DNA of 248,000 bases from Wallemia ichthyophaga EXF-994 (taxonomy: Eukaryota; Fungi; Basidiomycota): positions 20,001-268,000 of the forward strand of contig NW_008806283.1 of assembly GCF_000400465.1 (NCBI RefSeq). Direction: 5' to 3'. Of the stretch, positions 240,908 to 248,000 are shown one piece after another. How positions within the stretch are numbered: the first letter of the stretch is position 1; every line of letters begins with the position of its first letter. Under the pieces are notes generated by a model that was given only the letters and a program-made list of their open reading frames with translations, searched no databases and was not told the origin of the DNA. A program made the position numbers and the translations under genes.

Positions 240908-242143
240908 ATGCCTTCATCATCGAAACCCACCCAAGTCGACGAAGAGGACCAGCGCAGGCAGCAGAATAGACTGGCCCAGCGTGAGTTCAGGCAGAGGAAG
241001 CAGCGCGAGAAAGACGAACTCAAGGCGAGGATTGAGTTTCTAGAGAGAGACCCAGATCAGCAATCGCAGCTTATGACTAGAGTTGCAAGGGAATTATACG
241101 CTGAGAACAATAGACTTCGAGCACTGGTACACTCTCTTAGCTCGTTTGTTGGCACTGGCGCTGGCTCGAGTTTGCACGGGTTGGGGTTAACACCGGCCCA
241201 GATGGATAATTTACTCAGTTACTCACGCGTTGAACCCGAAGTGGATGTTGGATTTGAAATGTTTATGCAGAATAGGAGTAGGCGTGGTGGCAGAGGTGAT
241301 GAGAATGATATCGGTAATAAGAGGCCCAGGTACAGTCTGTCGAATGGCAGTGATAGTGCTAGTCCCGTTAGTCATGCTCAGCGGCAGGCGCAGCCAGAGA
241401 CACACACGAGCGCACAGGCACAGTCACCGGCACAGCCCCACCCATACGCCCTCAATCACCTTCTCAACGATAACCTCAGCACTAGCCATGCCTCCTCTAC
241501 GCCCACCCAACCCCGCACAGACTTCCAAAACGACTGTTTCGTAATGATGTCATCCGACGACCCCGAATTTAACGTCTCCACAAAGTTAAACGGGGAAGAG
241601 ACAACGCTGTACAACTTTGCAAGTAGTCTGAAACACTACTCGAGTAGCAAGATGGTACAGGCAGCCCAGCTGATAGAGTACAATCTCAACAACTTCCGTG
241701 CTGACCAGAGCTACCACCTTCCTCCGTCACTCAAGCCATCCCTCATCCAACGCACTGTGCCACACGATAGCCTGATTGATGGTATACCCTTTGCCAGTCT
241801 GCGCGATAAGCTTATACTCAACTCTGACAGTAGCAGCAGTAGCAGCAGTAGCCACGAGCACGCACAGGCTCATGCTAGCCATGCCAACCACACCACAGAC
241901 ACCTCCAAAACCTCTCAATCTAACCCTAAAGTAGACGTGCGGCGCGTTATACGCATGCTGCTCACTTCCACTACTATACACGGCGAGGACGTCCTCAACG
242001 CCGATAATTGGGAACTCGACGACCGATTTTATGCCGACTACTTCTTTCTCACTGACAAGCACATGCTCGATACGAGTAATAAGTGGAGAGAGAGGAGTCA
242101 CAGGCCATTACTGGCCGGTGGGGAGATGAACCATCTGTTTTGA
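240908..242143 (+). CDS. bZIP + DUF3425 transcription factor
   Basis: RRQQNRLAQREFRQRK; IDGIPFASLRDKLI, NWEL. Confidence 0.8.
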   Translation: MPSSSKPTQVDEEDQRRQQNRLAQREFRQRKQREKDELKARIEFLERDPDQQSQLMTRVARELYAENNRLRALVHSLSSFVGTGAGSSLHGLGLTPAQMDNLLSYSRVEPEVDVGFEMFMQNRSRRGGRGDENDIGNKRPRYSLSNGSDSASPVSHAQRQAQPETHTSAQAQSPAQPHPYALNHLLNDNLSTSHASSTPTQPRTDFQNDCFVMMSSDDPEFNVSTKLNGEETTLYNFASSLKHYSSSKMVQAAQLIEYNLNNFRADQSYHLPPSLKPSLIQRTVPHDSLIDGIPFASLRDKLILNSDSSSSSSSSHEHAQAHASHANHTTDTSKTSQSNPKVDVRRVIRMLLTSTTIHGEDVLNADNWELDDRFYADYFFLTDKHMLDTSNKWRERSHRPLLAGGEMNHLF

Positions 242144-242199
242144 AGTGAGTGAGTGACTGTAGATGTAATATAAATAGTTGTAACGTGCATTCGAGTATA

Positions 242200-245037
242200 A
242201 TATATTACAGTGTGGTGTGTGTTTTGTGTGCCCTCTGGTATATATACACAAACTCACTCGTCACGCGTCCTGAACACCTTCTCAACCGCGCCGTCGACGA
242301 CTCTGTATCCATTCGCCAGAAAAAGCTTCGAAGAGAGGAAGGGGGAGACATCGTACACCTCCACATCGTTTGCCTGGAGACAAGTTAGCGGAAATCACCA
242401 TACACACACCGACCCACCCTATTCTCAAGGTCCTTCAAAGGCACATGTACAGTCTCAGGATCGGTGAGGTGGTGTGCACGCCACGTTCTCACGCGCTCCT
242501 TGACTAGCTGACCCAGGAGGAAAGCAAGTAGTTCCTCTGAATCCTTAGCCTGGTGAACGTATTTGCGCAGGCCCTGTCAGAGGTAGTGAGCAAAAAGTGT
242601 GAAGAGTAAATAAAGCACAACGCACCCTCTCGAGTGTCTTTTTGACAGAAGTCTTCTGCGCACTAACGAAACTGCCGACAGTGACTTGAATAGCGAGATC
242701 GATATCGTCAGCGCGAACGAATTCACGTAGACTCATACGAGCAGCAGCCTCACTCATACGGATCATACTTTCTAAATGACGGACGGTGATGGGGAACGAA
242801 CCTGTAGCCAGACTCTCCCTGCGTAGGTCAGCGTATAACCTCGCCAGCTTGTCTTGATCAAGTTGGTGCAGTTTAGGCTTACACCTCTCGCGAGCGAACA
242901 TTATATACTTCTTCAAGACACCCTGATCAATAATCTCGGCATCCACACTTGTACCAACATCATTCTCGTCTACTTCCGCTTCGAAATCTGGGTGGGAGCG
243001 TAGATGAGAACCGACTACGAACTTGGCGAGCATCTCATCTACAATAGGGTCGACTGTGTCCTTTACCACGCAGAGCACATCAAAACGTGAGAGAATAGGT
243101 TCAGTGAGTTCCACATTCGCAGCAAAAGGTATAGTAGGGTTATAGCGACCGCGCAAGGGATTAGCTGCGGCGATAACGGCACAGCGTGCCTGTAGAGTAG
243201 TAACAATACCCGCCTTGCTAATACTGATGCTCTGCTGCTCCATTGCCTCATGGATAGAAGTACGATCAGCGTCGTTCATCTTGTCGAACTCATCGATAAG
243301 ACAGGTACCTTTATCGGCTAGTACCAACGCACCTCCCTCCAGTGTCCATTCACGCGTCATAGGATCCTTACGCACACTCGCAGTTAATCCCACAGCCGAC
243401 GCACCCTGTCCCGTTGTGAAAACGGCGCGATGTGCTGTCTTTTCAACATACTTGAGGAATTGCGATTTAGCTGTACCTGGATCACCTAGCAGAAGTACAT
243501 TAATGTCACCACGTATCCTATGCTTTCGGTTGACATCTTTGCTGACTCCTCCGAATAAACTTAAAGCTATAGCCGTCTTAATATCGTCATGACCGTATAT
243601 AGATGGCGCTATTGACTTGATGATTCGCTTGCGCACCCGCTCATCCCGCGCTAAATGACGAATTGCACGCTCATCTTCCTCGGTTAGTCTGAAGGCAGCA
243701 AACTCATCCTCCCGCTTGTTTACATAGTTAGCCTCAATTATCGTGCTAAATACTGGAAAACCATTCTTGGTGTTAAGGGAGGCGTCGAAATTGTTACGGT
243801 ATACCCCCGTCACTTCCACCTCCTCACCAGGTTTTGCATTGTCGATGAGGTCCCATAGGAGGATAACTTCACGGTGACGTGGGAGTCGGCCGGCTGGTAC
243901 ACTGCCCGGCGACTCCTGCAGAGTCATCTTTTGGTAGTTTCGGTAGACAGTCTGCTCACTGTTGACAACGAAAGGACCCTTGCTCTGGCAGTTGGAACAG
244001 AAGGAAATTTTTATCTCTTTGCTGCCATCCTGGTAGAAAGGACCAAGGGTGGTAGTGCATTTAGTGCAGTTGAAACGAACGTATTTGAGCTGAGGAAAGA
244101 CACCTGAACGACGAGTTACGACACCAGAGACACGAACGAGCTGGTTGAGGTCGGCTTGGCGGAGGTCTCGCAGGGTTTTGGCGGTAGGCAATTCAGTGAC
244201 GCGGACGTGGATTTCACTGTGTATACGCTCGTAGTCGGGGTAGTAGAGTAGGATAGCGTCGAGAGCGACGTCATCGAGGATTCTGAGGGTTTCGTGGGGT
244301 GCGTTGATGAGGAAGGAAGCGAGGATGGGCTTGTCTTGGAGGAGGTGGAGGTAGGAGATTTCGAGGGATTCAGAGTTCTGCTCACCGAGGGATTTGATAC
244401 GCTGGCCATAGACGGAGGAGCCGTGTTGATCAGTATAGGTCATGATGAAATTACGGAAATACTTGGCCACGCTGCGCCTGACGTTGTCAGCGTTGAGCCA
244501 TTCGTTAAGAGAAGCAGCTTTGACGTCGCCAAGATTCTCGAGAGGAATTTCATCGTCGTCGTTGTCGACGTCGTCGACATCAGGACGCTCATCGTAGTGG
244601 CGACGACGTCTTCTCTGTACGAGCAATCTGTTATCGGGATCGTCGTCATGGTCTGATTGCAAGAAAGCAGGAATTTTAGCGCGAGATTTGGGGTTGTGAA
244701 GACCAGCCTGTTTACGATCACGTCTCTCCAATTTAGCCTCAACAGCTCTGCGGGTGGAAGGATCTAACGCGTCAAAGTGGTCATCGTCGATCTGATCAGG
244801 ATCGTAGTAATCAAGGTTATTGTTGTTATTGTAATCGCCAGTCATATCATCGCCGAATAGATCTTCGCCGTCGTCGGGCTCGCCGAGCAAACCATCCACG
244901 TCGTCGTCGTCAACGTCACTGAAAGGATCTTGCGGCGGAGAGGAAGGCGGTGGGGGCGAAGACGGTGGAAGAGACGAGGCTATTGGAGATGATCTGACAT
245001 CGCCATTTGAAGATCTTCTACGCTTTTGAAGTGGCAT
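242200..245037 (-). CDS. MCM2: Replication licensing factor Mcm2
   Basis: LLLGDPGTAKSQ, IDEFDKM, ILSRFD. Confidence 0.95.
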
Positions 245038-245242
245038 TAGATACGCGTGCAGATGGCGCGTTAAAGAGATTGATTGAGACCAAGTTGGAATGCAATTAAA
245101 TATTTTACAAAATAGGAGAATGTAAGGATTGATTGATTGTTATATTATTATTATCAATCGAATAAATTGTCTAATGAAATAAATAATTTTTATCAATCGA
245201 ATAAATTTTCAAATCGAGTCTTCTCCTTGCACACCAGCAACC

Positions 245243-246932
245243 ATGTCCCCAAGCCATATTCTGTTTGAGAGCAGTGCTGGTTATTTATTATTGAAATGCA
245301 ACGCAATTGACCAAGTTGCCAATAAGTCCAAGCAAGTCCAAGATCAAATCAACGACTACCATCACTTCTCAAAGATGGTCAACATTATCTCCATTTACCC
245401 TTTCACTGACGCTGCCGAGGCTTTAAACAACGCAAACGCCATCTCTGAAGGTGTGAATATTTTCATTCACTCCACGCCTCTAACTCTTTCTAGGTGAACT
245501 CACCGACCAGCTCAACTCATTCCTTCAACAAAACTTACAAGGCGGCAGCAAGTCTGGTGTTGTCTTGGCCGTCTCCGATAAAGCCTTAGCCACCTCCATC
245601 AAATCCCAATTGAAAATTGAAGGTGACGTCTCTGACTTGGCTTTGGAACTCATTAGAGGTGTGCGTATCCACGCTGAGAAGCTCATCGATGGTCTCTCTC
245701 AAGGCGACCTCCTCAGAGCTCAACTTGGTCTCGGTCACTCTTACTCGCGTGCAAAGGTCAAGTTTAACGTTAACAGATCTGATAACATGATTATTCAAGC
245801 CATTGCACTCGTCGATCAACTCGATAAAGATGTTAACACTTTCTCCATGAGAGCAAGAGAGTGGTATGGTTGGCACTTCCCCGAATTGGTTAAGATTGTC
245901 CCAGACAACCACCAATACGCTCTCTGTGCTAGGTTGATCGGTGATAAATCTACTCTCACCGAGGATCTCATTCCTCAACTTATGGAAATCATCGACGACG
246001 ATGAAACTCGCGCTAGAAACGTAATCGACGCTGCTAGATCTTCAATGGGTACTGATATTTCCCCAATCGATCTCATCAACATTAAAAACTTTGCTGATAG
246101 AGTCGTTGGTCTTTCTCAATATAGGAAGAACCTCCACGCTTACCTTCTCGAAAAAATGCACCTCGTAGCTCCAAACTTATCTGCACTCATAGGTGAATTC
246201 GTTGGTGCAAGACTCATCTCACACGCTGGTTCCCTTACAAACCTCTCCAAGTACCCTGCATCAACTGTCCAAATTCTCGGTGCAGAGAAAGCACTCTTTA
246301 GAGCACTTAAAACTAAAGGTAACACTCCAAAGTATGGTCTCCTTTACCACGCTTCTGCTATCGGTAGAGCTGCTCCAAAGAATAAGGGTAGAATTTCTAG
246401 ATTCCTCGCTAACAAAGTTACAATCGCTTCAAGAATTGATTGCTTCAGTGATGCTCCAACTACTAAATTCGGTGAAGCTCTCAAAAATCAAGTTGAAGAA
246501 AGATTACAATTCTACGAATCCGGTCAAGCTCCTTCAAAGAACACGGATGTCATGAAGAAAGCTCTCGATGCTATTGCTGCCGATATGGATCTCGAAGATG
246601 AAGAAGATAGCGATGATGAAAAGATGGATGAAGATGCCAAACCAAAGCAGTCAGAGGAAGATAAAAAGGCTGCTGAGAAAGCCGCAAAGAAAGCCGCCAA
246701 AGCTGCTAAAAAGGAAAACAAGGAGGACAACCTAGACCAAGACGATGCAGACGAAAAGAAGAAGGAAAAGAAAGATAAGAAGAAGAGAAAGTCTGAAGTT
246801 GCAGAAGAATCGACTGAAGCTCAAGAATCTCCAAAGAAAGAAAAGAAGGATAAAAAGCGCAAGAGTGAAGGTGGTGAAACCAAAGAGGAGAAAAAGGCAC
246901 GTAAGCGAGCCAGCAAAGGTGGAGCTGAGTAA
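245243..246932 (+). CDS. NOP56: Box C/D snoRNP protein Nop56
   Basis: [35 protein letters not shown]; KKE tail. Confidence 0.93.
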
Positions 246933-247149
246933 ATTATCCTAGACTTTGTTTAACCTGTATTTTTATTCATTTCCATATTCACCTGACTTTTCAATCTTTT
247001 GTCATTTATCCAATGCTAATTCATTTATAGAAAATTGTACAAGAGAAGAGATGGCTAGAATAATAATTCTTCATGATAGGGGGAGTAGATATATATTAGA
247101 TTGTATATGCTGTAACCGTTAAAACGCGTCATCGTTAATAATAATATAT

Positions 247150-248000
247150 TTATTCAGCTGCGACAGCCGCAACTTTACCGAATGACTTTTCAACGCTATC
247201 AAAGATTGTTGCAAACTCTGGCGCCAAAGTAGAGAATTTCGCTTGATATGTCTTGAATTGCTGATTGGTGAATATGTTGAAGAATGTCAACAATAATCCC
247301 CATGGATGTGGCTTGGTAACAAGTAAGCGCTCAAGCAACACTCTTGTCAGTATTTCCACTACATTCTCGTTTACCCCGGCTGATTCTTCCAATATCTGCA
247401 AGCAAAGTTTATTGAACCAATACGTGTGAGACGATGGGTAGCGTAACTGGTTTGCAATACCACTGAGTATCAAGTAGCGAGCTATTTAACTTTGTTAGAT
247501 TTAAAATGGAGAAAAAAAACCTTCCGCTCACCCTCTGGATCAAGCTTGTTTACCAAAGTTTCGATCAATTTTACATTCGCACTACCGCCATCAAACTTGA
247601 CACTACCAATGTCCGCTTGTGAGCGAGTGATTGCATCGACACCAATAAATAGAACGAGTGAATTGATCACCGGGATCTTGTACTTCCACTCATCGCTCTC
247701 ATTCTCATTGCCAACCGACTCCAAAGTAATCTTCTGAATAATCTCACCAATAATAACTTCCTCATCTCCTCCATCAATATGCTTGTCCACCAAATTCTTT
247801 AAACCATTGTTGATAATGACTGACATGTAGTCTGAGGAGATGGTTGGATTGTTTTGACTTTCTGACATCACCTCAATGTCAATTGTTGGCAAGAATGGGT
247901 CTGGCAATGTGCTTGTGGCTGCATTTCTTGGATATGCACTAAGAATCAAATTGCGAAGCTGAGTGCAAGATGATGGTATAACATCAATCAAGCCGCCGTA
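247150..248000 (-). CDS. CDC39: CCR4-NOT scaffold Not1, C-terminus (partial)
   Basis: QLRNLILSAYP, ANQLRYPSSHT, PHPWGLL. Confidence 0.9.

Noticed and set aside
245451-245493. Intronic snoRNA in NOP56 or ribosomal protein genes
   Set aside because: The introns are about 40-60 nt, too short, and no C/D box pairs were seen.

Overview
Gene-dense, intron-rich fungal genomic DNA with basidiomycete-type proteins and short GT-AG introns of about 40-60 bp. The compact layout and an acidic class I hydrophobin suggest Wallemia, e.g. W. ichthyophaga; this is an inference and was not checked by a search. About 140 mostly housekeeping genes and two intron-containing tRNAs are present; no rRNA, CRISPR array or intact transposon was seen. 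Multi-exon gene limits are approximate and product names come from motif recognition, not database searches. The most unusual content: (1) an AT-rich island at 35-45 kb with at least 7 related tiny secreted pre-pro-peptide genes or pseudogenes that share an intron position and Kex2-type (K)R sites, most of them missed by the ORF track; (2) two gene blocks flanked by near-identical inverted repeats (139-153 kb; 171-183 kb, where the repeat is a whole duplicated Rds1-like gene) on either side of (3) a 2.8-kb ORF-free, very AT-rich trough at 159-162 kb that is a candidate centromere; (4) a dispersed family of about 6 decayed copies of a formerly coding sequence; (5) an intronless two-domain Cys-rich secreted protein with preprotoxin-like layout; (6) many divergent gene pairs whose start codons are only 19-34 bp apart.
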